A DNA stretch of 64,000 nt from Gammaproteobacteria bacterium (GCA_963422205.2 CAXMWX010000005.1:256001-320000), one strand, 5' to 3'. Counted from the first letter of the stretch, positions 9,995-20,713 are shown. Notes: generated from the letters alone by a model not told the origin. Numbers and translations: made by a program.

Positions 9995-10260
9995 CGAGTA
10001 CAGCATATTCCGGCAGCAAGCAGATGCGTGATCACAAAACACAAATCCAGGCATTACTCCAAAGTGCAAAAATCAACCTGTTAAGCGCCGGCAGCCAGCT
10101 CATCATGGATGATAACAAGGCGGCAGCGAACCGGCTTGCTGCTGTGGCGCATAAGATTGAGACCATCCGGCGTGAACTGCCTGACTGCCACCATAATTCA
10201 GCTTCATCTGTATCTGCCGCAACACATACGAGGGAAACATCATCATGCCCCGGAATATGA
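9991..10260 (+). CDS. Phage hypothetical protein
   Basis: ATGA overlap with the previous gene. Confidence 0.55.
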   Translation: MTSTAYSGSKQMRDHKTQIQALLQSAKINLLSAGSQLIMDDNKAAANRLAAVAHKIETIRRELPDCHHNSASSVSAATHTRETSSCPGI

Positions 10261-10367
10261 GCTTTTCCCTCACCACAGCGCAGTTTATGAGTAAACAAAA
10301 AACGGTTACTCGGCGGCTGGGCTGGCAGTTTCTAAAAGCCGGCGATGTCGTTTGTGGTGTTAGGTAG
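10245..10367 (+). pseudogene. ASCH-domain protein N-terminal remnant
   Basis: MPRNMSFSLTTAQFMSKQKTVTRRLGWQFLKAGDVV*, an ASCH-like KTxTRR...LKxGD pattern that stops at 40 aa. Confidence 0.6.
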
Positions 10368-10404
10368 TGAGTTTCTATAACGAATTTGTTACAGGTTTAA
10401 GATT

Positions 10405-10692
10405 ATGAATAATGTAGAGAAACTGGTAGAGCGACTGATGCGCTATGCCGATGATGCCTTATGGAATTACGATGATATTGCTGAGTATACGCACCTGGGC
10501 AGGCAAACGGTACAAAAGAAAATCGTTACAGAGACCGGTTTCCCTCGCGCTATCAGGCTGCCCTCTGGCGGTCGGCGGTGGATTGCCAAAGAAGTCAAAG
10601 ATTATCTGAAGCGGCAACGGGAGCCTTATGCATCTGATGGTGCTAAGGTTCGCATCAAGCCGGCGAGCACTCCATCGGTTGGGTTGGAGTGA
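10405..10692 (+). CDS. AlpA-family regulator / excisionase
   Basis: LWNYDDIAEYT...GFPRAIRLPSGGRRWIAKEVKDY. Confidence 0.85.
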   Translation: MNNVEKLVERLMRYADDALWNYDDIAEYTHLGRQTVQKKIVTETGFPRAIRLPSGGRRWIAKEVKDYLKRQREPYASDGAKVRIKPASTPSVGLE

Positions 10693-10736
10693 TTCTGACA
10701 TGATGGCATTAATCTGGGTTGTCAGGTGGAGGTGTG

Positions 10737-11540
10737 GATACCCTTTGATATACCCCTTCAATACCTTATAGATACCCTATCGAATACCCTTTGGGAACCC
10801 TTTAGCGAGGTAAAAATTATGCGAGATTATGGCACGATAGACTGTCGGTTGTGGGATCATCCTGATTTTAAGAGCCTGTCCGTTGAGGCCAAGCTGTTGA
10901 TAGCCTATCTACGGACTTGCAAGCACTGCAATCTCATCTGGTGTTATCACCTTCCGGTTGGGTATATCGCATCAGATCTTGGATACCCCATTGATAGGGT
11001 ATGGGATACCCTATCCGAGGCTGCTCAAAATAGCTTTGCCAGGTATTGCAAGACTACTGAATATGTATTTATCCCCAAGTATCTGGATGAGTTTCCGATC
11101 AAGGGTGAAAAACAGCAGTTGGGAGCTTTGAAGATCATTCAGTCAATTCCCAACAAGTGTGTTTATCTTACTGACTTAATCACCCGGTTCCTGGAGCGCG
11201 ATGACCTGCATGAGAGAATAAGAAATACCCTATCCGATACCCTATCTAATACCCTATTTGATACCCAACCCCATACCCATTCTGCTCCATCGGATACCCT
11301 TTCGATGCCTTCTAAATTAGACAGACAGGAGCAGAAAAACACGGCTACAGCTGACGTTCCAGCCACGGTTGCGGATATGACGGCAGCTACGCCTGCCACT
11401 CCCGAAACTACACCCGTTATTGTTTCCGATAAAAGTACGCATGTTATTGATTTAGTTAATAAGTTCCAAGGTGATGAGAAAATGGAAAATACCCTATCCC
11501 ATACCCTATCGGATACCCCTTCAATACCCCATACCATACC
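10737..11540 (+). repeat. Iteron-like GATACCCTATC repeats (candidate replication origin)
   Basis: Clusters with ~12-bp period at 10737-10803, 11225-11300 and 11489-11540; inverted pair at 10993-11015. Confidence 0.75.
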
Positions 11541-11986
11541 CCCCCCGATTACAGGAACAGGATCAGGAACGGAAAAAAACCTTTGTCCCGCAAGCGGGAC
11601 GATCGAAACGCTCAGGACAGGTACAAGCCGTTTTCCAGGCTTGGCAACGATACTGCAAGCACCCCAGGGCAAACCTGGACGACAAGCGCAAGCGCCATAT
11701 CGCCAAGGCGCTGAAAGCTGGCTACAGCGTGGAGCAGTGCATTACTGCGATACGAGGCTGTACCAACACGCCACACAACATGGGCGCCAACGAAGGTGGC
11801 GAGCGCTATGACGGCATCCATGTAATTTTTCGTGATGCTGACCAGATTGACCGTTTCATTCACAATTTTCACAACCCACCAGTGCCAAAGACCGAGGCAG
11901 AGAAGCGAGTGATGTCTAACATCCAGGCTGCACAAGCGGCGATGCAAAAATTGCAGGAACAGGAAAATAATTATGCACAACACTGA
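10819..11986 (+). pseudogene. Phage replication initiator (replisome organiser), frameshifted near 11.6 kb
   Basis: N-terminal wHTH-like MRDYG...FKSLSVEAKLL. The C-terminal domain VFQAWQRYCKHPRANLDDKRKR...GYSVEQCITAIRGC lies in another frame. It contains iterons. Confidence 0.75.
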
Positions 11987-12572
11987 CCAACGGCCTTTTT
12001 TTGAAATCCTGATTGGCGTAGCTGCAATTTATGGCAAGGAGCTCTCAGTGGTCGCCCAGATGCTGTACTGGCAGTGCTTGCAGCAATACGAACTGGATGT
12101 GGTGAGATCGGCATTGCGACGCCATGTGACGGATGTCGATAGTGGACAGTACATGCCCAAGCCTGCGGATATTGTTCGACAAATTGTTGGCAGCAATGAA
12201 GACCGGGCGCTATTGGCCTGGGTATTGGTTGAGAAAGCGATGAAGCGGGTGGGGGGTTACCAGTCTGTAGCGTTTGATGATCTGATTATCCATACGGTGA
12301 TTCGTGATCTCGGTGGTTGGATCAAACTCTGTCAAATCAGCTATGACGAGCTTCCATTCAGGCGGATAGATTTTCTCAAACTGTATTCCGCTTATGCCAA
12401 GCGGCAGAGCATACCGGCGCATGAGCCGATGTTGATCGGTTTGGTTAATGCCGATCGGCAGAGGCAAGGGTTAGCGTTGGAAGCGCCAATACGAGTTGGT
12501 GCCGACAATACGCCCCGCAGACGAACCACAACAATCGCTACACAAGCCCAGGTAATGGAGCGTGTCGCATGA
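11973..12572 (+). CDS. DUF6475-like protein (replication partner downstream of initiator)
   Basis: YMPKPADI and GGYQSVAFDDLIIHTVIRDLGGWIKLC. Confidence 0.75.
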   Translation: MHNTDQRPFFEILIGVAAIYGKELSVVAQMLYWQCLQQYELDVVRSALRRHVTDVDSGQYMPKPADIVRQIVGSNEDRALLAWVLVEKAMKRVGGYQSVAFDDLIIHTVIRDLGGWIKLCQISYDELPFRRIDFLKLYSAYAKRQSIPAHEPMLIGLVNADRQRQGLALEAPIRVGADNTPRRRTTTIATQAQVMERVA

Positions 12573-13096
12573 TTCATCAAATCCTTTTCTGGTTTTCAGG
12601 TTATCTGCCGTGCCGTTTGATTAACAACGATGGTCAGCCTTACCTGGAGCGGTATTTTTTATTTTCCTGTTGTGGACTGACGGCGTACCTGCACCGCTTT
12701 GTGGGGCAGGATGGCGATCGAGGGCTGCACGATCACCCATGGGACTACTCGCTGGCTATCGTTCTGGCTGGCGGGTATGTTGAGGAGCGTTTGAACGGCT
12801 TTGATCCTGCTGTTGGTCTGGTTATCGGTGAGCGGCTAGTCAGATGGTGTAATCTCATCACAGCGCATGATTTTCATCGCATTAGTCGGACACAGAGAGA
12901 TACCTGGACGCTGTTCATTCATACAAAGCGTATAAAGGGCTAGGGGTTTATGGAGTATGGCCATCCGGGTGAGCGAGTGCATCGCTTTCTCTACCACCAG
13001 CCTGAATTACCGGGGACGCATCACAACTGGATGGAAGCAGCATCACGAGGCAGTGAGGCAGCTCGTCAACCTCTGGTTGCTTCAGGAGTGAGGTGA
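12569..13096 (+). pseudogene. Phage cupin-like protein with in-frame TAG
   Basis: YLHRF..D.DRGLHDHPW...FHRI...WTLF. After TAG 12941-12943 the frame continues to a TGA overlapping the dcm start. Confidence 0.65.
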
Positions 13097-13800
13097 GTGT
13101 GCGGGTACTTGATCTGTTCAGTGGTATCGGTGGTTTTAGTCTCGGTCTTGCGATGGCGAGCAAGGCATTTCGGACTATTGCTTTTTGCGAGCGAGATGAG
13201 AAATGTCAGAAGCTGCTTAATCTGCGTTGGCCTGGCATTCCAGTTTACCCGGATATTAGAAAGCTAAATGCAAGTGAAATACAAACAGATGTCGTTGTTG
13301 GTGGATACCCATGTCAGCCCTTTTCCGTGGCCGGGAAGCGCCGTGGCGAAGCGGATGACCGCTATCTCTGGCCAGAGATGTTACGAGTTATCAAGGATTG
13401 CAGGCCACGATGGGTTATTGGTGAGAACGTTGCTGGTCACTTATCGATGGGGATCGACAATGTGTTATCTGACTTGGAAGCCGAGGGCTACGCCTGCTGG
13501 CCGACCATTATTCCAGCTTGTGCCGTCAATGCCCCGCACCGGCGGGACAGAGTATGGATTATTGCCAACGCCGACGGCACAGGATGCAAAAAACAAGGGC
13601 TCGCAGAGCCAACAGAAGCGCAATACCAAATCGCTGAACGCAGTTGTCGGCGGGCCGCTGAACCCGCAGTGGGTAGAGTGGTTAATGGGTTACCCAATAG
13701 GGTGGACAGACTTAGGCAACTCGGCAACAGCGTCGTCCCTCAAGTCGTCGCAGCTATTGGATGTGCAATAATACGAGCGGAGCGGAAATATGAATCATAA
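13093..13800 (+). CDS. Phage C5-cytosine DNA methyltransferase, alpha chain (motifs I-VIII and X)
   Basis: DLFSGIGG, GYPCQPFS, ENV, PHRRDRVW, LGNSVVP. Confidence 0.92.
   Translation: MSVRVLDLFSGIGGFSLGLAMASKAFRTIAFCERDEKCQKLLNLRWPGIPVYPDIRKLNASEIQTDVVVGGYPCQPFSVAGKRRGEADDRYLWPEMLRVIKDCRPRWVIGENVAGHLSMGIDNVLSDLEAEGYACWPTIIPACAVNAPHRRDRVWIIANADGTGCKKQGLAEPTEAQYQIAERSCRRAAEPAVGRVVNGLPNRVDRLRQLGNSVVPQVVAAIGCAIIRAERKYES
13355..13771 (+). CDS. Nested alternative-frame C5-MTase beta subunit (motif IX)
   Basis: LLPTPTAQD...LNPQWVEWLMGYPIGWTD in the +1 frame inside the alpha gene; the frame is open from 13268 and the start is uncertain. Confidence 0.65.
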   Translation: MTAISGQRCYELSRIAGHDGLLVRTLLVTYRWGSTMCYLTWKPRATPAGRPLFQLVPSMPRTGGTEYGLLPTPTAQDAKNKGSQSQQKRNTKSLNAVVGGPLNPQWVEWLMGYPIGWTDLGNSATASSLKSSQLLDVQ

Positions 13801-14062
13801 ATCCACTTTTTTAGAGAAACAAATACACAAAATAGTCTCCTCAGCTCTTAACACTGTAAGCGACACAGTCCCTGAATAGCTACGCAATATAGTCACGTCA
13901 GTTACTGACACCGGGAGGTGTATCAATCCACCAATAGGCTGTGGTCAACCAATAACAAAATTCAGAGACGATCTAAGCATGAAGGAATATGGCATATCCG
14001 GGCTATGCCAGGCGTGTCAGGATGAGTTCTTTGGTGGTGATGATAGCGGGATAGTTGCATGA
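13790..14062 (+). pseudogene. Small phage Zn-finger-like protein with in-frame TAG
   Basis: CINPPIGCG...FRDDLSMKEYGISGLCQACQDEFF; TAG 13877-13879. Confidence 0.55.
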
Positions 14063-14631
14063 CTGCTTGTATCAACACTGTCGTTCTGGATAGAGATTTC
14101 CGGTATGCGCTGAGGGATTATTTTAATACCTTGTCTGCTGATAAGTGCGAGGACTATATGCAGCGTTGCGGTGTGACATATACGTATGCCAAATCGCATT
14201 TAATCAAAACACGCTCTGAGGCGTCACACATGCCAGGCAAAATGTTGATCTATGCCTTGGCCGATGAGAGTGAGAGGTATGTGACACGTCTTCAGTCTGT
14301 ATACCATTTTTATCCGGAAATTCGTGATGGTCTGGAGTGCATCGTCAAGGCTGGGCAGATGATAAATTGCAGACAGGAGCAACTGAGATTACCCGAATAT
14401 CTCTACAGCTTGTCTGATGAGGCAAAATCAGATTATGCGAGGCGAGTGGGTTCAACACGCCGGTACGTTACCGGTCGTCTGATTCGCAAGCAAACCATTC
14501 CGGCCTGTATCCCCAACAAGCCTCTACTGCTTGCTTTGGCTGATGAAGGCGAGGGTCAGGTGAGTCGTTTTCAAGCACTGTTTTACTACTTTCCTGAGAT
14601 TGGGCAGGATGTACTCAACCTGATTCAATAA
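14059..14631 (+). CDS. Protein with two tandem Cro-like HTH repeats
   Basis: Internal duplication: LRDYFNTLS...ALADESE...YHFYPEI and LPEYLYSLS...ALADEGE...YYFPEI. Confidence 0.65.
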   Translation: MTACINTVVLDRDFRYALRDYFNTLSADKCEDYMQRCGVTYTYAKSHLIKTRSEASHMPGKMLIYALADESERYVTRLQSVYHFYPEIRDGLECIVKAGQMINCRQEQLRLPEYLYSLSDEAKSDYARRVGSTRRYVTGRLIRKQTIPACIPNKPLLLALADEGEGQVSRFQALFYYFPEIGQDVLNLIQ

Positions 14632-14647
14632 CAGGTAGGATTGGATA

Positions 14648-15311
14648 ATGACTAACGCTAATCAATCAAGTGAGACAGCAGACAATTCCTTGCACGGCGT
14701 TGGTGCTGTGCTGGAGCGCAATCACTGGTATCGGGATCGCTATATTGTTCAGATCAGGATCACGGCATTGCTTATCCTGCTTTGTGTCCTGCTTGCCTTA
14801 ATTCTGGCCTGGGTGGTAAGCCATCCTACCCAACCGAAGTATTTTGCGACCACGACCAGTGGTGAGTTAATACCATTGGTGCCTTTGGATAAGCCAAATA
14901 CTACGAACGATATCTTGTTGAATTGGACAGCCAGGGTTGTCAGGCGGGCTTATACGTATGATGCAGTGAATTACCGTGAGCAGCTTGCCAGGCTGGAGCC
15001 GTTTTTTACGGACAAGGGCTATGAGGGTTTTCTGGCTGCATTGAATGCGTCAGGCAATATTGCTGCGGTGACCGAAAAGCGTTTGATTGCCTCAGCGATA
15101 GTAAATGGTGGCGTGATCACGGCCATAAGGAGTAGCCGGCGGGGTATACACCTGGAAGGTTGAATTACGACTCACGGTAACCTACACATCATCTGAAGAG
15201 AATATTACTCAACCGCTGACGGTATTGGTGTTGATACTTCGCACGTCCACTCTGCAAAATCCTGAAGGGCTGGCTATTCATCAAATTCTATCCAGGCCGG
15301 GGGTTGGTTGA
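14648..15311 (+). pseudogene. icmL: Type IVB secretion protein IcmL/DotI, frameshifted near 15125
   Basis: RNHWYRDRY, TM helix, PKYFATTTSG..PLVPLDKPN, YTYDAVNYREQL..FFT..G...FL.AL..SGN; the second frame gives YTWKV...TVTY...RTSTLQNPEGLAI. Confidence 0.88.
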
Positions 15312-15312
15312 G

Positions 15313-16000
15313 ATGTTCTGGCGGCGATTGTTATTACCTCTCATGTTTTGTTTGGTTACTGCCATTCATGCAGAGGATACAACCGATGGTGAAAAAAATG
15401 TGAAGTCTGTGAAAGACAGTTCTGTCAGTCATGAGGTAGAGGCAGATGGTATTTCCCCTGCATTTACACCGAGTTGGCGGGAGAATTTGCCGATGAGCCC
15501 AGAGGAGATTCGTCTTTGGCGTGATATTCTGTAAGGTAAATCAGCAGCGGCTTATGAGGCACATACTCCTGCCACGATCTCATCCAAACCATCCCAGTAA
15601 ATATTGCACCAGGTACTGCTACCCCACACATCCAATTACTGCCGGGCTATACCATTACTTTTGAGGTGATGGATCGGAATGGGCAACCCTGGGGTATTGT
15701 TAGCGCTATTTCCGGCAATCCAGAACTGTTTCAGGTTATTGTCTATGAGCTCAAGACACCCAACATTATTACCATTACGCCCAAAACTCTGTTTGGTGGC
15801 AGTAATCTGGTCTTGCTGTTAGACGATCGTCATATTCCCATCACCCTCAACCTGTCAAGCAATCCGGAGTTGGATGTGTATCATGATCGCATAGCGTTGC
15901 TGATCAACGCTGCTGGCCCTGCATCGCCTGTGCCCAGCGTGTCAAATGATACCGATATCAGCGCTTCTTCCCATCTGATGGAGGTACTGGATGGCATTGT
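15313..16000 (+). pseudogene. icmK: Type IVB secretion protein IcmK/DotH, disrupted and 3' truncated
   Basis: Signal peptide, PMSPEEIR, TAA at 15532-15534, then PGTATPHIQLLPGY...DRNGQPW...GNP...SNLVLLL...P..LMEVLDG. Confidence 0.75.
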
Positions 16001-16012
16001 GTATGCCGCCAG

Positions 16013-16500
16013 ATGTTAGCCTCTGATCATACAGATGATAGCTGGCGAGCTTTGCTGCCGGGTGATCCACTACCACAGCGCATCAATGATGTTGTCTGTG
16101 ATGATTATTCAGATGTCCTGTGGCCGCCTTTGAGTCAGCAACTTTTTCCCAATGGTATTGAGATGAAGAGCCTTAACACTGTTGAGACAGGCAATCGGCT
16201 GTATGCGCCAGTATCGATGTTACTGGGGCCACAGACACTGCAACCCTTTAATATGCTCTATAGGCGATTATTGGGCGATAACATTCCTTACGCACTCTCG
16301 ATACGGATTATCTCCGATGGCGAGGGGCTGGTGGCGCACAAGAGATTACTCGCTTCACTGCTATCGTTTGCCGATCGCACCTCCCGCATGGTGCGCCGGT
16401 CACTGGACATCCTGGGCTTGGCAGTAGAGAGTGGCGAGCATATCGTTGGCTTGCAGGTCAACCTGCAAGCAATAGTGATATGCCTGCCTCCACGGAGGCA
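16013..16500 (+). pseudogene. icmB: Internal fragment of IcmB/DotO ATPase
   Basis: WRALLPGDPLP...SDVLWPPLSQQLFP...GPQTLQPFNMLYRRL...IPYALS. Confidence 0.7.
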
Positions 16501-16532
16501 GAGCGAGCCTACCCAGAGAGCTGCCTGTAGTC

Positions 16533-18791
16533 ATGCTCAAAAAGATTCAAGGGCTCAAAGAGCGACAGGTCTATGATGCCGATCGGTATTTACGTGATAC
16601 CAACTCAATCGGCGAGCGCATCTACGCGGTATTGGGCGATCCGATATTGGTATGTAGTCTGATTGTACTGCTGCTTGTTATCAGTTGTTACTATACTGTA
16701 CTCATTCATTTTGCATTGCCTGTGACCGGATTACTGACACTGCTTTGGTATACGCACCGGGATGAGAATGTTTTGCCTTTACGGCTTCCTGTGGAAGCCA
16801 GGATGACGGACTACAACGATCCGAAACCCGGTATACGGGGTGGATTTCATAAGGCCAGAGGCATGTATTACTTCGGCAATGAAATTGATACTCATCAGGA
16901 GATCTTTCTTAACCGGGACGATATTCTGCAACACAGCTTATTCCTCGGTACCACGGGGGCTGGCAAGACCGAGGTCATGACGGCGCTGATGGCCAATACC
17001 CTGACGATGGGTGGTGGTTGTGTCTATGGCGATGCCAAAGGTGCTGCCGATGTCCTGTGGACAACAGCCGCTATGGCCAGAGCAATGGGCCGGGAAGATG
17101 ATTTGCTGGTCATCAATTACATCACTGGCGGGCGCAATGTGGCAGTCTAGGATACCGAGCGTCTATCCAACTACACCAACCCCTTTGCCAGAGGCTCGGC
17201 CGACAGCAATACGCAGATGCTGACCTCTCTGCTGAAAGAGCAAGAGGGTGATAATGCCGTTTTCTTTGAGCGTGCCGTCTCGTTAGTCAGCTCAATTATG
17301 TATCCTCTGACCGAGCTTCGTGACCAGGGCGAGTTGGAACTGGGCGCATCGGTCATACGCCAGTACCTGAATCTGGAAAAAGTGGTAGAGTTATCACAAC
17401 GATCCGATTTATCCGAAAAATCCTTGAATGCCGTGCATGAGTACCTGCGCTCCTTGCCGGGTTATAATCCTGACAAGTCACTGCAAGATCAGCCACCTGA
17501 AGTATCCAAACAATTCGGGTTTGCACAGATGTATTTCACTCGTGCCTTATCCTCGCTGTCCGATACCTATGGGCACATCTACTGGACAACCCTAGGTGAG
17601 ATTGATTACTTTGATGTGATCATGAACCGGCGTATTTTGGTGTTTATGCTGCCAGCGATTGAAAAAGCAGGCGCCGAGCGGAAGAACCTGGGTAAGATTA
17701 TTCTCTCTGGCATCAAAGATGCGTTGGCTGTTGGCCTTGGGAGGCATGTGGAGGGCGACCGGGAGGATGTGCTGGATAACAAGCCGACCAGCTCGGCCAT
17801 ACCGACTTCCATTATCCTGGATGAGTACGGCTACATGGCGGTGGAGGATTTTGCTGTTCTGCCAGCCCAGGGGCGCAGCATGGGTTTTTCCTTTGCCTTT
17901 GGTGCCCAGGACTGGCCGGGGATAAAAAAGGCCGGTGAGGAGGAGGCCGGCCAAGTCTGGAGCAATACCAATATCAAGTGGTTTGGGCGTTTGAACGATG
18001 AGGAATCGATTGAGAAGTGTATCAAAGCCGCTGGTGAAGCCTACACCACCATCAGTGCTGGCTTTGACCGACCACGTGATGGGCTGGGCCTGGATTACAT
18101 TGATAATCTATCAGCGCAAATAGAAAAACGAGAGCGGGTGACGACTACCGATCTGCAACAGCAGTCCGAAGGTGAGTTCCATTTGTTGTTCAAGGGCAAG
18201 ATTATTCGTGGACACTCGTTTTTTACCGCCATACAAAAGTTGCAGAAATTTCGGATCAACCGCTTTATCAAAGTTCCGCCACGCACTGGTGAGAGCCTGC
18301 TGGCCGCAGTCACGCCGGGCATTGACCGGCCGCCGAGGCAGGATGAGCAGGTACCTCTTTTGGTTAAGGAAGCCATACAGGCATCGCCTGATGACGCTAA
18401 GGGGGAAGGTCGTAGCAAAGATGATACCCGTAATACGTCCCAGGGCGGCGATAATCAGGCTACCACTACGCAAAGCCCTTCATTGATAAACGAACATGCG
18501 GATTTATTCACATCAGATGAGCAGGATGGGCAAGCGGCCAAAGAGCAACAGGCACATACCATTCGCAGCACTGACGAACTGTCTGATAACTTTCTGGATG
18601 AGGTTGTCAGAGCAGAAGGGCAAGCCACTTATACTGGCAGAGGAGCACAGTTGGCAGATGGAGAAAAAGTGATAGAGGCAGCGCTTGATACCACCAACCC
18701 GGACCCGGTAGCAAAGACGGCTGAAGCCGCATTGGATGAAGGCGAGAAGTTACTCTCTGCTGCCGTTCATGAGCTAAGGGGGATGGAGTGA
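16533..18791 (+). pseudogene. icmO: Type IVB coupling protein IcmO/DotL (TrbC-like) with in-frame TAG
   Basis: LPLRLP...DYNDPKPG, Walker A GTTGAGKT, GREDDLLVINY, TAG 17148-17150, NPFARGS, Walker B IILDEYGY, AQGRSMGFS. Confidence 0.9.
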
Positions 18792-18895
18792 GGGTCAGTT
18801 TCTATTTATTCTGTCAAGACGTGTTGATGATAAATATACCCTAAAGTACAATCTCCAAACCATGTTGATCAAAGTAGTAAGTAACAACCAACCAC

Positions 18896-19333
18896 ATGCC
18901 TCATAGCAAGAATCAACCCCAACACCTGATGCTTCCTGTCAGCCTGCTAAAAAAACTGGAGTTGTATGCAGATGGCATCATGGCAGTAGAGACGCTGATT
19001 GAGCAATTGACTGTGATGGTGTTAGTGAATTTAAGGAAAGAAAGTCAATCGTTAAATGATGGTCACTCTTTCGTAGAAAAACGCATTGCCAGCTTACAGG
19101 AGAAGCTGCATGTTGGTCAGACAATGAACAAAGGCAAAGGGTTTGGTGAGGATCGATTGCAAAACATCAATGTACGGAAAACATGCCATATCTCCAGAGC
19201 ACTTGGGGATGAACTTGTTACCCTGGGCGAATCGCTTAATCTCTCCACACCAAAGCTCCTGGTACCGCTTGTTATGCTTGGAATTGAACTGGTTGAAAAA
19301 ATAATGGCCGGATACGGAAGACATCCGGTATAA
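18896..19333 (+). CDS. Hypothetical protein, possible DNA-binding partner of the HipA-like gene
   Basis: 145-aa ORF upstream of the HipA-like gene; function inferred from position only. Confidence 0.45.
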   Translation: MPHSKNQPQHLMLPVSLLKKLELYADGIMAVETLIEQLTVMVLVNLRKESQSLNDGHSFVEKRIASLQEKLHVGQTMNKGKGFGEDRLQNINVRKTCHISRALGDELVTLGESLNLSTPKLLVPLVMLGIELVEKIMAGYGRHPV

Positions 19334-19411
19334 AGTTTAATGATAAAGGCATGGGGCAGACTACCCTTAACCTGCGAAACCTGTAATAGCGCTGACATGA
19401 GTGACCATTGA

Positions 19412-20713
19412 GTGATGATTGAAGAGAAGTCCCTGGATGAATTGCTTTCGGGGTTTTTAGAACAGTCCTCAGATGAGATAAAAGGATTGATTTATACCAC
19501 TACTCAAGATGCCCGCCCAAAACATATTGGCAGGTTTAAATATGACAATGAGACAGACACGCTTAGTCTTTCCATCTCAGAGAGCGGGTTTATTGTTAAT
19601 ATAAAGGGCATGCCGCTAGGTGATACTCCTGATGAGTATCAATATGAATTGATCAATCCGTCTCCTTTTCAGTTGGAGTCGTTGTTCAATGTACCATCGG
19701 GTTACCTGGCACAAGTGCTTGCCAAAAGATATCCTGAAGAATTAACACCCAATGCCAAACAATGGACTTCTCAGGAAATATTAAAAGCGATGTTGTTTGC
19801 TGGCAATGACTTGTCAGGTGGCGTGATGTTTTTTGAAAATGAACGGGAAATGCAAAACGCGTTTAATCAACCCTTTGATAAAGAGGCGTCGTATCACATT
19901 GGCGAGGGTGAACTCAACCGGATTAAAGTCATACAGATGCAATATCAGAACCTGTCGGCATCAAGGAAAAGTAATCTTGGCGGGGCTAAACCGAAATTCC
20001 TGGCCAGTAGAATTCATGCAGATGGCACGTATGATAACGTAATGATTAAGTACAGCACGCCGGATGATCCATTATTTGATGAGGTATCCAGGCAGTTAGT
20101 ATTGGAACATGCCTGTCTTAAGGCATTACGTTTAAATGGTATCAGCGCAGTTGACGCAAGATTGATAAGGGACGATGTAACGGGGCAGGTTTTTTTCGAG
20201 TCTGTAAGAGCTGTTCGAAGTCTACGCAATAGTCCCGATCAGCACCCGGCTGTTAATCATTGGATATCGGCGCAGGCATGGCATACCACAAGAGGTGGTG
20301 TCTCCAGCGACCCCGTATATATTATTGTCAGGCAATTACACGCAAACAGGCGAAGTAATGCTACAACGAATGACGATGGAGAACTGGACTATCGTCCACA
20401 AGACACACAGGCGATTCATGATTTTATCACTCTGGCGGCATTTAATTATTTGGTTGGGAACTCGGATTTGCATGGTGGTAATCTGTCCTTGCAGCATCAG
20501 GGGATTGATAAAAATGGCGAGGTTATCATCGGCCATTCCCCAGCCTATGATATAGAGCCATATATGCTGAGAATCAATGAACCCGTGCCTAAATGGGCTA
20601 AAAACAAAAATATGAAAGACATTCAGCCCTCCGATCTCCCACATGGGGCATTACTTTTCAATAAGAACCCGGCAGACTTTGAACGGGCAAAAAAATACGG
20701 GGTGATATGCTGA
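19412..20713 (+). CDS. HipA/YjjJ-like kinase toxin (C-terminus probably frameshifted in the A7 run near 20690)
   Basis: SNLGGAKPKF, GNSDLHGGNLS, SPAYDI. Confidence 0.82.
   Translation: MMIEEKSLDELLSGFLEQSSDEIKGLIYTTTQDARPKHIGRFKYDNETDTLSLSISESGFIVNIKGMPLGDTPDEYQYELINPSPFQLESLFNVPSGYLAQVLAKRYPEELTPNAKQWTSQEILKAMLFAGNDLSGGVMFFENEREMQNAFNQPFDKEASYHIGEGELNRIKVIQMQYQNLSASRKSNLGGAKPKFLASRIHADGTYDNVMIKYSTPDDPLFDEVSRQLVLEHACLKALRLNGISAVDARLIRDDVTGQVFFESVRAVRSLRNSPDQHPAVNHWISAQAWHTTRGGVSSDPVYIIVRQLHANRRSNATTNDDGELDYRPQDTQAIHDFITLAAFNYLVGNSDLHGGNLSLQHQGIDKNGEVIIGHSPAYDIEPYMLRINEPVPKWAKNKNMKDIQPSDLPHGALLFNKNPADFERAKKYGVIC

Noticed and set aside
10737-11540. GATACCC repeats as a CRISPR array
   Set aside because: The units are ~12 bp, degenerate, lack unique spacers and are mostly within a coding region
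14648-18791. Functional Legionella-type effector secretion system
   Set aside because: All four icm genes are disrupted and most components are absent
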